64,000 bases of DNA from Pyrinomonadaceae bacterium (GCA_046160805.1 JBJXHF010000057.1:43432-107431), one strand, 5' to 3'. Counted from the first letter of the stretch, positions 54,116 to 63,421 are shown. Program-made: numbers and translations. The notes: generated by a model not told the origin, from the sequence alone.

Positions 54116-55465
54116 ATGTTTCGAAAGTCGTTTTTATCTTTTATCTTTGCCGCCACGGTGATTTTTCTTGCCCAATCCGCGGCGTATTCGCAATTAGCTC
54201 CCGTCAACGGCACTGTCGTTCTGGAAAAGGACGGTGCAAAAACGCCGGTAGCCGGCGCTCTTATCGAAGTGTATCGCACCGATATCAAAGGTAATTTTCC
54301 ATCCGCCAAGACAAACAAGAAAGGCGAATTCAACTTTGCCGGCATGCCTTACGGAGCAAGGTATGTTTTTTCGATAAGCGCTCCCGGCTGCTCTCCAATC
54401 GTTTATCCGGATATTAAGGCGGGCTTGGAGAAGCTTGTAATCACCGTGCAACCGGGCGATGGCCGGAAATTTACGGAGGCAGAAGCCAGGCAGGCCGTCG
54501 CAAATGCGCCCAAAGGCGAATCCGATTCAGGCGGTTTGACGGACGAACAAAAGAAGGAGCAAGCCGAATTTGAAAAAAAGAATGCCGACATCACGTCCAA
54601 AAACGAGAGGACGAAGGCCGCCGACGCGGTCGCGGCAAAAGCCTTTGAAGAAGGAAAAGCTGCCTCGAAGGCAGAAAATTACGATTTGGCGATTGCGAAA
54701 TTTAACGAGGGCATTGCGGCTGTTCCTGACTTTGTCGGCAGCACCCCGATTCTGGTCAGTCTTAAAATGGACGCCCTAAAAACCAAGGGATTCAAGCTGT
54801 ATAAAGAAGGAGCAACGTCTGGCGACTCCGCCGTCAAAAAAGCAAAGTTTGAAGAAGCGAACAAAATCTATGACGAGGCATTGGCTGATTTCACGGTTGG
54901 TCTGGAAGTAATAAAGCGTGCCCCGGCGGCCACCGATCCTGCCGAGCAGAAACGGCGTGACTCATTGAAACACAGCCTTTATGTCGTGGCCACAGAGGTT
55001 CATCGTTTGAAAGTGATCGGCGGTGTCGATCAATCGAAAACGGCAGAGGCAAGCGCAGTGATTGGTGAATACCTGGCGCTTGAAACCGATCCGGCAGCGA
55101 AACTGACAGCGCAAATGACGCTTGGCGATATTATGCGACGGACAGGTGATTTCGAAAAGGCCGTCGCAGCTTACAGAGAGGTATTAGTGATGAAGCCGGA
55201 TCATGCCGAGGCAATGGGATGGCTCGGCCTTTCCCTTTTTGGTCAGGCTGTTGCGATGTCGCCTGAGAATAAGGAAATGTCACAGGAGGGCCTAAATTAC
55301 ATGCAGAAATATGTTGACATGGCTCCTGTTTCGGATACAGATTCGCCGGCAGTCAAGGAACTCAAAGTCAGCATTAAGGATGCCGTAGTCTATCTCAAGG
55401 CTCAAAACATGGCCCCGCAGAAAACAGCTCCGCAGAAATCGCCGGCCGGTGGCAAGAAAAAATAA
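54116..55465 (+). CDS. secreted carboxypeptidase-regulatory-like domain / TPR repeat protein
   Basis: SD GGAGG and a signal peptide. The N-terminal GTVVLEKDG..PVAGALIEVYR......KTNKKGEFNFAGMP is CarboxypepD_reg-like. The C-terminal half has TPR-like helices. Confidence 0.75.
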   Translation: MFRKSFLSFIFAATVIFLAQSAAYSQLAPVNGTVVLEKDGAKTPVAGALIEVYRTDIKGNFPSAKTNKKGEFNFAGMPYGARYVFSISAPGCSPIVYPDIKAGLEKLVITVQPGDGRKFTEAEARQAVANAPKGESDSGGLTDEQKKEQAEFEKKNADITSKNERTKAADAVAAKAFEEGKAASKAENYDLAIAKFNEGIAAVPDFVGSTPILVSLKMDALKTKGFKLYKEGATSGDSAVKKAKFEEANKIYDEALADFTVGLEVIKRAPAATDPAEQKRRDSLKHSLYVVATEVHRLKVIGGVDQSKTAEASAVIGEYLALETDPAAKLTAQMTLGDIMRRTGDFEKAVAAYREVLVMKPDHAEAMGWLGLSLFGQAVAMSPENKEMSQEGLNYMQKYVDMAPVSDTDSPAVKELKVSIKDAVVYLKAQNMAPQKTAPQKSPAGGKKK

Positions 55466-55531
55466 TGTTGAGCTTCTCTGTATGATTTATGGCTGGGTTT
55501 GATATTATTCAGACCCAGCCATTACTTTTAT

Positions 55532-56011
55532 ATGAACTTGAATATCAGGAAAATCACGCAATCGGATCTGCCGTCGGTGGTTGAGATGCTGCACGAGTTT
55601 GCCGCGTTTGAAAACCTGAGCAAATATTGCACGGTTACTGAGGAACGGCTGCACAAGGCTATGTTTGCTGAAGATTCCGTTGTCGAAGGACTGATAGCCT
55701 TTGACGGCGAGGCTCCTGTTGCATATTCTCTCTTTTACCCAAATTTTTCCAGTTTTCGCGGCCAGCGGGGCATCCATCTCGATGATATCTACATCAAAGC
55801 CGAATATAGGAAAAACGGTCTTGGACAGGTTATGCTGAAGGAAATCGCTCGGATAGCCGCTTCACGAGGGTTTGAGCGGATAGATTTTAATGTTCTCGAA
55901 TGGAACACGCCTGCGTTGAAATTTTACGAGAAGCTAGGCGCCGTTTGTAACATGGAAGAACGGCATTTCAAGTTCGCTGACAAAGCTTTTGCAGCATTAG
56001 CAACGACCTGA
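55532..56011 (+). CDS. GNAT family N-acetyltransferase
   Basis: IRKITQSDL..., the acetyl-CoA site YRKNGLGQVML and LEWNTPALKFYEKLG. The start is taken at MNLNIRK. Confidence 0.88.
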   Translation: MNLNIRKITQSDLPSVVEMLHEFAAFENLSKYCTVTEERLHKAMFAEDSVVEGLIAFDGEAPVAYSLFYPNFSSFRGQRGIHLDDIYIKAEYRKNGLGQVMLKEIARIAASRGFERIDFNVLEWNTPALKFYEKLGAVCNMEERHFKFADKAFAALATT

Positions 56012-56031
56012 TTTCTTTTTTGGAGGATTTT

Positions 56032-56121
56032 ATGCGAAAAAATTTATTAGCTCTGACTACAGCGATGATGTTCAGCATCGGAATCGTGATTGTAATCGGA
56101 AAATACGTCATCATTGCCTAA
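56032..56121 (+). CDS. candidate 29-aa hydrophobic small membrane peptide
   Basis: Not in the ORF track because it is under 60 aa. GGAGG lies 5 nt upstream of the ATG at 56032. The product is MRKNLLALTTAMMFSIGIVIVIGKYVIIA, with its stop at 56119-56121. Confidence 0.4.
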   Translation: MRKNLLALTTAMMFSIGIVIVIGKYVIIA

Positions 56122-56126
56122 ATTTC

Positions 56127-56783
56127 TTACTCAAACTGCTTCCTAAATTCGTCGAACGTTTGTTTGAGCGACTCCACCTCTCCGCGCAAGCTAGTAACTT
56201 CTGCTTCCAATTTTTCGATTCTTTCTCCGTCCACGTTGCCGCGCGAGACACGTGTTGTCTGAGTCGCAGCGATCGTCTCGACATCGATCTCGCCGAATAG
56301 CAAGTGTGCAAAGCGGGCTTCTTTTTGTCCCGGCTGAACTGGAAGTCGCAACACAAGCGCTTCGTCACGACGCATCAGGGCGTCGAGAGTTTCCTGCACT
56401 TCGCCGAGACTTGAAAAAGCATGAAGCCGCTCGCATCGCCCGCGCAATTCGCCGAGTGTTTGGGCACCGCGAAGCAGCATCTCGCACATTATTGCAGTCT
56501 CAGCTTCATTCAGCTCATAAACACTCGGCAGCATGTGTTTATACTTCGGCACGCGGCTCGTGCTGCCGTAAAAAACGTAAACCAGGTTGCGGTCGCGTAA
56601 GATTTCGAGAGTCTCGTTAACAGCCTTTTCATCGTATGACACAACCGGATCGCGGTTGTTCTTTTGATTGCAGGCGTTGACCAGGGCATTGAGCGTCAAC
56701 GGGTAATATTCCGGCGTCGTAAGTTGTTTTTCGATCAAGGCCCCGATGATGCGGGCTTCCATTTGGGTTAGTGTTTCGGGCAT
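56127..56783 (-). CDS. yceH: YceH/DUF480 family protein
   Basis: LTQMEARIIGALIEKQLTTPEYYPLTLNALVNACNQKNNRDPV is the DUF480 N-terminal signature. Confidence 0.88.
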   Translation of the reverse strand: MPETLTQMEARIIGALIEKQLTTPEYYPLTLNALVNACNQKNNRDPVVSYDEKAVNETLEILRDRNLVYVFYGSTSRVPKYKHMLPSVYELNEAETAIMCEMLLRGAQTLGELRGRCERLHAFSSLGEVQETLDALMRRDEALVLRLPVQPGQKEARFAHLLFGEIDVETIAATQTTRVSRGNVDGERIEKLEAEVTSLRGEVESLKQTFDEFRKQFE

Positions 56784-56838
56784 TTTAGAGTTTGGCTTCC
56801 TGTCGTGTTTTCCCGTTTAGTAATTTACAATTTAAGTC

Positions 56839-57447
56839 GTGGATATTCTAGTCGCTCGCACAGAGAACGAAATCGACTTTGCATTTGAACGGCTTTCAAC
56901 GGCCGCTTTCTTAGGCTGCGACACCGAAACATCCGGCTTCGGCGCCCGCAGCGGAAAGCTTTATTCAGTGCAGTTTTCCGATGGCATTTTTAATGTTCTC
57001 GTGCCCGTTAGCGAAAGCGTCGCGCTTGGTCGCCTCGCGGAAATTCTCTGGGATAACTCGATAAGAAAAATATTTCACAATGCCAAATTCGATCTGGAAT
57101 TTTTGAACGAGAATGGATATGCGGCTGAGAATATTTTCGACACGATGATCGCCGAAAGGGTTCTCACGCGCGGCGCGAATCAATCCGCGTCGCTCGCCGA
57201 AACGCTCTACCGCTATTTCGCCGTCGATCTCGACAAATCACAGCGTGCAAAATTCACGCGCAACTGGAACGGCGTCTGGACTGATGAACTGGTAAATTAC
57301 GCGCTGTCAGACGTCGCGCATTTGCCGCGCCTGATGTCGGAGCAAGTCAGTTGGCTTGAAAAGCTGGGTTTAAATGAAGAGTTTGAGTCTCAGTTAGGAA
57401 GAATTTTTTTGCCCACGAATAACGCGAATAATACGAATAAGATTTGA
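56839..57447 (+). CDS. 3'-5' exonuclease domain protein (RNase D / DEDDy-like)
   Basis: GCDTETSG (ExoI), HNAKFDLEFL (ExoII) and YALSDVAHL (ExoIII). GTG start. The last 14 codons (FLPTNNANNTNKI) lie within the Family-1 repeat. Confidence 0.8.
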   Translation: MDILVARTENEIDFAFERLSTAAFLGCDTETSGFGARSGKLYSVQFSDGIFNVLVPVSESVALGRLAEILWDNSIRKIFHNAKFDLEFLNENGYAAENIFDTMIAERVLTRGANQSASLAETLYRYFAVDLDKSQRAKFTRNWNGVWTDELVNYALSDVAHLPRLMSEQVSWLEKLGLNEEFESQLGRIFLPTNNANNTNKI

Positions 57448-57489
57448 TTTCTTTTAATTCGTTGAATTCGTGTTATTCGCGGGCAAAAA
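57405..57489. repeat. Family-1 palindromic repeat
   Basis: tttttgcccacgaataacgcgaataatacgaataag ... attcgtgttattcgcgggcaaaaa. Lies between convergent genes. Confidence 0.9.
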
Positions 57490-57495
57490 TCTTTC

Positions 57496-57963
57496 TTACC
57501 ATCTGTGAAAAGCGGGATGGCCTTCTTTGACGGCGACAAAAACGCCGCGGCATGTGTCGCATACTTTCCCGCCGGCGATCAACTCGGCCTCGACGGTCGC
57601 TCGGTCTTCGCTTGAATCCACGACGCGCGCTTTTAATGTTATCGGCCCGTCAACCGGCGTCGGGCGCAGCAGTTTGACGTGAAACTCGGCGGTTACGGTG
57701 CAGGGCGGCTCAGGTTTGCCGTCGCGTTTCATCAAAAAATACGCCGCCGTCCAATTTGAATGGCAATCGAGCAAAGCGCCGATTATGCCGCCATTCAGCA
57801 TTCCCGGAAACGCCTGGTGATGCGGCTCGGCATGCCACTCAGCGACAACTTCATCGCCATCGGCAAAGCTGTTTATGTGCAGCCCCTTTTCATTCGCCGG
57901 CCCGCAGCCGAAGCAAATTCCATTAGGCGAGTATTGCTGTTGAAGGGAAAGTTCTTGTTTCAT
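57496..57963 (-). CDS. PaaI family thioesterase (hotdog fold)
   Basis: 155 aa. CFGCGPANEKGL...GMLNGGIIGALLD is typical of PaaI/YbgC-type thioesterases. Confidence 0.8.
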   Translation of the reverse strand: MKQELSLQQQYSPNGICFGCGPANEKGLHINSFADGDEVVAEWHAEPHHQAFPGMLNGGIIGALLDCHSNWTAAYFLMKRDGKPEPPCTVTAEFHVKLLRPTPVDGPITLKARVVDSSEDRATVEAELIAGGKVCDTCRGVFVAVKEGHPAFHRW

Positions 57964-57970
57964 AATCTCC

Positions 57971-58051
57971 GGAATAAGTTAAAAGTGATAGGTAATAAGT
58001 GAGAAGTCATAACGCACGCACTTATAACTTATCACTTTTCACTTATTACGG
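57971..58051. repeat. Family-4 palindromic repeat (GTAATAAGTGAGAAGT words)
   Basis: ggtaataagtgagaagtcataa / ttataacttatcacttttcacttattacc-like arms around acgcacgcac. Confidence 0.8.
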
Positions 58052-58106
58052 AGCTTGCTGTCGGCAAGCTAAGTAGCGTAAATTTAATCGGCACCTTGTA
58101 AATATT

Positions 58107-59804
58107 ATGCTTACGATAATTGCCATTGCGGTGATCGCCTGGCTCGTATTTGGTTATTTTGCCTACGGACGCTGGGTCGCGCGCCAGTTTAAACTTGACG
58201 ATAATCGAACGACGCCCGCCAATGTCGTGAATGACGGTGAAGATTATGTGCCGACGCGTCCATTTTATCTTTTCGGGCAGCACTTTTCGGCGATTGCGGC
58301 GGCCGGGCCGATAGCCGGGCCGATAATAGCCTGTCTTGCGTTCGGCTGGCTGCCCTGTCTGCTTTGGATCGCACTGGGCGTAGTGTTGATCGGTGCGGTG
58401 CATGACTTTAGCGCGCTTGCGTCTTCGGTCCGCCACGGCGGACAGAGCGTTGCCGAAATCACTCGCGAACGTTTGGGCAGCGGAGCCGGGCGTGCGTTGA
58501 TGGCTTTTATCTGGATCGCACTCGTATATGTGGCTGTTGCGTTCACCGATATTACCGCCGGGACGTTTGTTTCCGGTGATGAAGCGCTAGTCGGCGAAAC
58601 GAGTTTTAATCCGGGCGGCGCGGTTGCGATGGCCAGCGTGCTCTATCTTGCCCTTTCGCTCATCCTCGGTATCGTCCAACGATTTCTTAAACCGCCGCTC
58701 TGGCTTGTAACCGCTGTCTTTGTGCCGGCCACATTCGCTCTGTCGTATCTGGGCACACAGTATTCAAATGTGTTCCTTTTCAGCCACCAAACTTGGGCGT
58801 TCCTGATCCTGCTTTACTGCGTGGTCGCATCGATGCTGCCGGTTTGGGCGCTGCTTCAGCCGCGCGGATATCTTGGCGGGTTTGTACTTTATGCGGCTAT
58901 CGCGGTCGGGGTGATAGGCATATTTTTTGGCGACTACTCGATACAGCAGCCGGCGTTCAAATCTTTTGACGCGGGCGGGATGACGGGAATGCTGTTCCCG
59001 TTTCTCTTTGTGACTATCGCATGCGGCGCGTGCTCGGGTTTTCACGGCTTGGTCTGCTCGGGCACTACGTCGAAACAGATCGACAAGGAATCGCACACCC
59101 GCCCGATCGGCTACGGCGGGATGCTCGCCGAGGGCTTTGTCGCGTTTATCGCGCTGGTGACGGTGATGATTGCTCTGGGTGATTCATTGATCGGGCCGGA
59201 CGGCAAAAACCTTCCCGCCGGAAAGATCTACGGCAACGGCATCGGCAGTTTTCTTTCGCTCATCATCGGACAGGAGAATCTGAAATTTGCCGTAACATTT
59301 GGAGCGATGGCGTTCTCGACGTTTGTCTTCGACACACTCGACGTGACGATGCGGCTTGGCCGCCTTCTCATCCAGGAACTGCTCGGCATGCCGGGACGCG
59401 TTGGCGCTTTTGTAGGAACCCTCGTGACCGTTGCACTGCCCTTCGCTCTTATCTTCCTCGCAAAACCCGGCAGTTACATAGACTTCTGGGCTCTGTTCGG
59501 CGCGTCCAATCAGCTTCTGGCGGCTCTGACGCTGTTGTCGATCACGGTTTGGCTCTACAAGGCAAAAAAGCGAATCGTCTTTACGCTTGTGCCGATGCTT
59601 TTTGTATTAGTCATCACGCTGTGGGCTCTCGGTTCGATGGTGTTTGGCAATTTTCGCGCGTCAACAGGCTTCGACATAAAGCTCATCAACGGCATCACGT
59701 CTCTCGCACTGATCGCGCTGGCGATCTTTCTGGTGGTCAACGGAATTTTAAGGACACGGAGCAAGCCGGAGACGGCAGATCAGACTCTTTTTAACGGTGC
59801 CTGA
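58107..59804 (+). CDS. cstA: carbon starvation protein A family transporter
   Basis: 565-aa polytopic membrane protein. GQHFSAIAAAGPIAGP and CGACSGFHGLVCSGTTSKQ are CstA motifs. Confidence 0.9.
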   Translation: MLTIIAIAVIAWLVFGYFAYGRWVARQFKLDDNRTTPANVVNDGEDYVPTRPFYLFGQHFSAIAAAGPIAGPIIACLAFGWLPCLLWIALGVVLIGAVHDFSALASSVRHGGQSVAEITRERLGSGAGRALMAFIWIALVYVAVAFTDITAGTFVSGDEALVGETSFNPGGAVAMASVLYLALSLILGIVQRFLKPPLWLVTAVFVPATFALSYLGTQYSNVFLFSHQTWAFLILLYCVVASMLPVWALLQPRGYLGGFVLYAAIAVGVIGIFFGDYSIQQPAFKSFDAGGMTGMLFPFLFVTIACGACSGFHGLVCSGTTSKQIDKESHTRPIGYGGMLAEGFVAFIALVTVMIALGDSLIGPDGKNLPAGKIYGNGIGSFLSLIIGQENLKFAVTFGAMAFSTFVFDTLDVTMRLGRLLIQELLGMPGRVGAFVGTLVTVALPFALIFLAKPGSYIDFWALFGASNQLLAALTLLSITVWLYKAKKRIVFTLVPMLFVLVITLWALGSMVFGNFRASTGFDIKLINGITSLALIALAIFLVVNGILRTRSKPETADQTLFNGA

Positions 59805-60241
59805 TCGAGCGTTTTAGTTGTGTGGTCGGTCACGCTCATTACCGGTTCGCGATATTCTTCGAGCTGCGCCGTGGTTATCGGAGTCTGTAGAGCAGATTGG
59901 ACAGGTTCGTCCAAATTCATCGCTTTCAGCCGGGCGTCAATGAGTTTCGGCACCTGTTTAAGCAGCATGAAGCAAATGCCGAAAACGGCAGCGAGATATG
60001 CGGCTACGATAATGATGACAGGTGAGATTCGCACATCATGACCTAGCAGAACTGCCACTAACCCGACCAGGATCCCGAGCCCGAACATTACGACCAGAAA
60101 GATCGTCGTCAAGATGTTATCAAGCATTTTGCCCGGCATTCCGTCCTTATCGACCTCGCTGGCTTTTGAAAGCCGCTCGCCGCAGCCGCTGCAGTATTTG
60201 AGCTTTTTGTCGGTAGTTTTGCCGCAGTTTGGACAGTACAT
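59780..60241 (-). CDS. zinc-ribbon membrane protein
   Basis: MYCPNCG..KYCSGCG zinc ribbon, then two TM segments. Its 3' end overlaps the convergent cstA by 25 nt. Confidence 0.65.
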   Translation of the reverse strand: MYCPNCGKTTDKKLKYCSGCGERLSKASEVDKDGMPGKMLDNILTTIFLVVMFGLGILVGLVAVLLGHDVRISPVIIIVAAYLAAVFGICFMLLKQVPKLIDARLKAMNLDEPVQSALQTPITTAQLEEYREPVMSVTDHTTKTLDQAPLKRV

Positions 60242-60250
60242 TTAGTTTCC

Positions 60251-60868
60251 TTACGATTTCGGGCTGATCTTTTCCTCGAGCCAGTTGGTTAGCGAATCTA
60301 CAGACTCAATATGCACCGGTCGGCCTTTCCAGGCTCTATAGGCAAAAACAATCATCATTATACTCGTTACGACCGTAAAGATACCGCTTGCCGCATTTGC
60401 AAAACCAGTCACACCGGAAAACCCACCGAGTATTGCAGCAACTATCCAGATTGCAGCATGAGCTGCTAATCCTTGCGCAGCATGAAAACGAACCTTTGCC
60501 TCCGATTTCGGTAGCACAAAGAGCATTATCAAAGCCGCAACCATTCCCGGATACCATGGAATGTACGGAACGGCGGTCATAATGTTTTCCGGCAACCCGA
60601 CCTTATCAACTTTTCGCGAGATCGATTGAGTTCCGCTTCCAAATCCGGCAACATTTGCGGGAACATATTGTCCGGTGTAAGGCGGCGTATAATCCGAAGT
60701 ATTCGCGGGAGCAAATCTGCGGGTTTGTTCTTCGCCGGGCTCGGCAAACTGCCTTGTTTCGGGGCCAGTTTGTCTAAGCGTTCGGGTCGCAACTTCCGCC
60801 TCAGCCGCAGCTTTCGCCTTCGCCGGAAAATCGGGATCAAGAGGATTTGTATCGTACTTCGTCGGCAT
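60251..60868 (-). CDS. hypothetical membrane protein (DUF4870-like C-terminal half)
   Basis: Low-complexity N-terminal half and three predicted TM segments with an FHAAQGL motif. Confidence 0.6.
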   Translation of the reverse strand: MPTKYDTNPLDPDFPAKAKAAAEAEVATRTLRQTGPETRQFAEPGEEQTRRFAPANTSDYTPPYTGQYVPANVAGFGSGTQSISRKVDKVGLPENIMTAVPYIPWYPGMVAALIMLFVLPKSEAKVRFHAAQGLAAHAAIWIVAAILGGFSGVTGFANAASGIFTVVTSIMMIVFAYRAWKGRPVHIESVDSLTNWLEEKISPKS

Positions 60869-60918
60869 ACTACTTCGTTCCTACGATAAAATAGAGAGAA
60901 TTGTTCGTCAAATAAGAA

Positions 60919-60990
60919 TTTTGCCCGCGAATAACGCGAATAATACGAATAAAAAGTAATTTCCTTAATTCGCGTTATTCGCGGGCAAAA
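60919..60990. repeat. Family-1 palindromic repeat
   Basis: attttgcccgcgaataacgcgaataatacgaataaaaa ... aattcgcgttattcgcgggcaaaa. Directly downstream of the aspS stop. Confidence 0.9.
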
Positions 60991-60993
60991 TTC

Positions 60994-62802
60994 TTACTCG
61001 TTAATATTAATTCCCAATTCCTTCAACTGCGACGCGTCCACCTCGCCCGGCGAGTCCATCATCAGGTCCTGTGCCGAAGCTGTTTTTGGAAATGCAATAA
61101 AGTCGCGGATATTTTCGTTCTGCAACAGAGACATCAGCGTTCGCTCGATGCCGGCGGCAAAGCCGCCGTGCGGCGGCGTGCCGTATTCGAGAGCTTCGAG
61201 GAAAAACCCAAAGCGTTCTCGCGCCATTTCCGGCGTTAATCCAAGCGCTTTGAAATTCAACGCCTGTACGTCACGCTGATGAATCCGGATCGAACCGCCT
61301 GCGACCTCAATGCCATTGATTACTGCATCGTAAGCTTTTGCGCGAACACCTCCGAGTAATTCACGCTCACCGGTTTCGACTGCCTGTTTAAACACTTCTA
61401 AATCCTCGTCCATAGGCGATGTGAACGGATGATGCGCCGCGTCGTAGTGATTTTCAGCTTCGTTGTATTCAAACATCGGAAAGTCAATGACCATCAACGG
61501 CTTAAAAACGTCTCGTGCGATAAGATTCTCTCGTCTTCCAATTTCCAAACGCAACGCGCCGAGGCTTGCTGCGACAACCGATTTGCGTCCTGCAACGATC
61601 AAAACGGCGTCGCCCTTTTCGGCGTTCGCAACCGAAGCAAGCTGTTTGACCTTTGATTCGCCGAGCACTTTCATCAACGACGAACTCGTCTCGTCATGGC
61701 CCATCTTTATCCACGCAAGCGCGCCTGCTCCATAGCGTTTGACAAATTCCTGTAACTCGTCAAGCTGTTTTCGTGAATAGTCTGCCTTGCCTTTGACGAC
61801 GATGCACCTTATCTGGCCGTTCGCTTTGAGCGTATCGGCGAAAGGAGCAAAATCCGTATCGCGAAGCTCGTCGCTCAAGTCGATCAATTCCATTTCAAAC
61901 CGCAGATCGGGCTTGTCCGAACCATACCGACTCAACGCATCGGCGTGTGTCATTCGCGGAAACTGTTCCGGCAGATCAACATCGATCAGCTTGAAGATAT
62001 GGCGGAACGTACCCTCGATCGTTCGATAAACCATCTCCTGATTTGCGAACGACATCTCGACATCAAGCTGAGTAAATTCCGGCTGTCGGTCGGCCCTCAG
62101 GTCTTCGTCGCGAAAGCAGCGGGCGATCTGATAATACTTGTCAAAACCCGAGATCATCGTTAACTGTTTCAATATCTGCGGCGACTGCGGCAGCGCAAAA
62201 AACTTGCCCGAATGAATGCGCGAAGGCACGATAAAGTCTCTCGCGCCTTCGGGTGTCGATTTGAGCAAAATGGGCGTTTCGATCTCGATAAAACCTCGCG
62301 AATCCATATACTCGCGAATGCGCCCGACGACTTTTGCCCTCGTGCGTATGTTGTATTGCAATTGCGACCGGCGCAGATCGAGATAGCGATACTTAAGCCG
62401 CGTCGATTCATCGGCGAGATTTTCCGAACCCGCAACCTCAAGCTGAAACGGCGGCACTTTAGCGTCGTTTAGAACGAGAATCTCGCTTGCCTTTACTTCG
62501 ATATCACCAGTCGCAAGTTTTGCGTTGTGTGTGCCTTCGGAGCGCAAAACAACCTCGCCTTTCACCGCAATAACAAATTCGCCGCGAAGATTTTTTGCTT
62601 TCTGATGTGCTTCCGGAGCGGTCTCTTCGCTTACAACAACCTGCGTCAACCCGTCACGGTCGCGCAGATCGACAAACGTAAAAACGCCAAAATCACGCTT
62701 CTTCGCAACCCAACCCATCAGCACAACCTGCTTGCCCGCATCCGCCTCGCGCAGCTCGCCGCAGGTGTGAGTTCTCTCTAAGCTTCCTAAAGTATCTAGC
62801 AT
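60994..62802 (-). CDS. aspS: aspartate--tRNA ligase
   Basis: 602 aa. N-terminal OB fold, class II motifs (FRDEDLRADRQPEFTQLD, GGSIRIH, PPHGGFAAGIER) and the bacterial insertion domain. Confidence 0.95.
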   Translation of the reverse strand: MLDTLGSLERTHTCGELREADAGKQVVLMGWVAKKRDFGVFTFVDLRDRDGLTQVVVSEETAPEAHQKAKNLRGEFVIAVKGEVVLRSEGTHNAKLATGDIEVKASEILVLNDAKVPPFQLEVAGSENLADESTRLKYRYLDLRRSQLQYNIRTRAKVVGRIREYMDSRGFIEIETPILLKSTPEGARDFIVPSRIHSGKFFALPQSPQILKQLTMISGFDKYYQIARCFRDEDLRADRQPEFTQLDVEMSFANQEMVYRTIEGTFRHIFKLIDVDLPEQFPRMTHADALSRYGSDKPDLRFEMELIDLSDELRDTDFAPFADTLKANGQIRCIVVKGKADYSRKQLDELQEFVKRYGAGALAWIKMGHDETSSSLMKVLGESKVKQLASVANAEKGDAVLIVAGRKSVVAASLGALRLEIGRRENLIARDVFKPLMVIDFPMFEYNEAENHYDAAHHPFTSPMDEDLEVFKQAVETGERELLGGVRAKAYDAVINGIEVAGGSIRIHQRDVQALNFKALGLTPEMARERFGFFLEALEYGTPPHGGFAAGIERTLMSLLQNENIRDFIAFPKTASAQDLMMDSPGEVDASQLKELGININE

Positions 62803-62807
62803 AAGAA

Positions 62808-62843
62808 TTTTTGCCCGCGAATAACGCGAATAGCACGAATAAA
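62808..62843. repeat. Family-1 repeat, left arm flanking the GxxExxY gene
   Basis: tttttgcccgcgaataacgcgaatagcacgaataa. Its reverse-complement partner is at 63287-63320. Confidence 0.9.
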
Positions 62844-62846
62844 AAA

Positions 62847-63281
62847 TCAGAAATTTTGACGATTTCCAAGTACTTCATAGTATGAAGCGGATTCGTTGCG
62901 GCGGTTACAAACCAGCCGTTCATATACAAGTTTTGGGAATTGACCAAAATTTACTAACAGCCCCAATTCAAATTGAGTAGCATGTAAATAATTCAATGTT
63001 TGTGCTCTATGAGCGTCGGTTAGGCACGCAACAGCTTTGAGCTCAACCACAATTTTTTCAAAGTAAATAAAATCTGGCTTAAAAGTATGCCCAAGCTGTA
63101 TGCCTTTGTACATCAAAGGAAGTTCCGGCTGCGAAATGAACGGAATGTTTTGAATCAGAAACTCATGCTGTAAGCATTCTTGATAGATAGGCTCGGTAAA
63201 TCCGAACCCTTTTTGGTTACAAACCTCAAAGCATGCTCCCATTAGAATGTAACTCTCATCCTTGTAGAGTATTTCGGCCAT
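62847..63281 (-). CDS. GxxExxY family protein (PD-(D/E)XK-like fold family)
   Basis: MAEILYKDESYILMGACFEVCNQKGFGFTEPIYQECL... carries the G-x-x-E-x-x-Y-type N-terminal motif. DFIYFEKIVVELKA fits a D...E.K nuclease-like core. The start is taken at 63281; the longer ORF reads into the repeat arm. Confidence 0.8.
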   Translation of the reverse strand: MAEILYKDESYILMGACFEVCNQKGFGFTEPIYQECLQHEFLIQNIPFISQPELPLMYKGIQLGHTFKPDFIYFEKIVVELKAVACLTDAHRAQTLNYLHATQFELGLLVNFGQFPKLVYERLVCNRRNESASYYEVLGNRQNF

Positions 63282-63286
63282 CTCTT

Positions 63287-63320
63287 TATTCGTTTTATTC
63301 GCGCTATTCGTGGGCAAAAA
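63287..63320. repeat. Family-1 repeat, right arm flanking the GxxExxY gene
   Basis: The reverse complement of ttattcgttttattcgcgctattcgtgggcaaaaa is ttgcccacgaatagcgcgaataaaacgaataa, matching the left arm at 62808-62843. Confidence 0.9.
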
Positions 63321-63358
63321 ATAAAAAACGCCTTTCGATTTGGACATAACGAAAGGCG
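63316..63358 (-). terminator. intrinsic terminator downstream of cdsA
   Basis: The minus strand reads CGCCTTTCG-N12-CGAAAGGCG followed by TTTTTTATTTTTT. Confidence 0.7.
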
Positions 63359-63421
63359 GCACGCTAATCATTAACGCACACGCCAGTCAATTATTGTCAT
63401 TAAACCGAATAAAGGCGTCCA

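Noticed and set aside
59780-59804. 25-nt overlap of the convergent cstA and zinc-ribbon genes as a regulatory antisense feature
   Set aside because: End-on overlaps of this size are common, and either 3' end could be slightly mis-set. Nothing else distinguishes the site.
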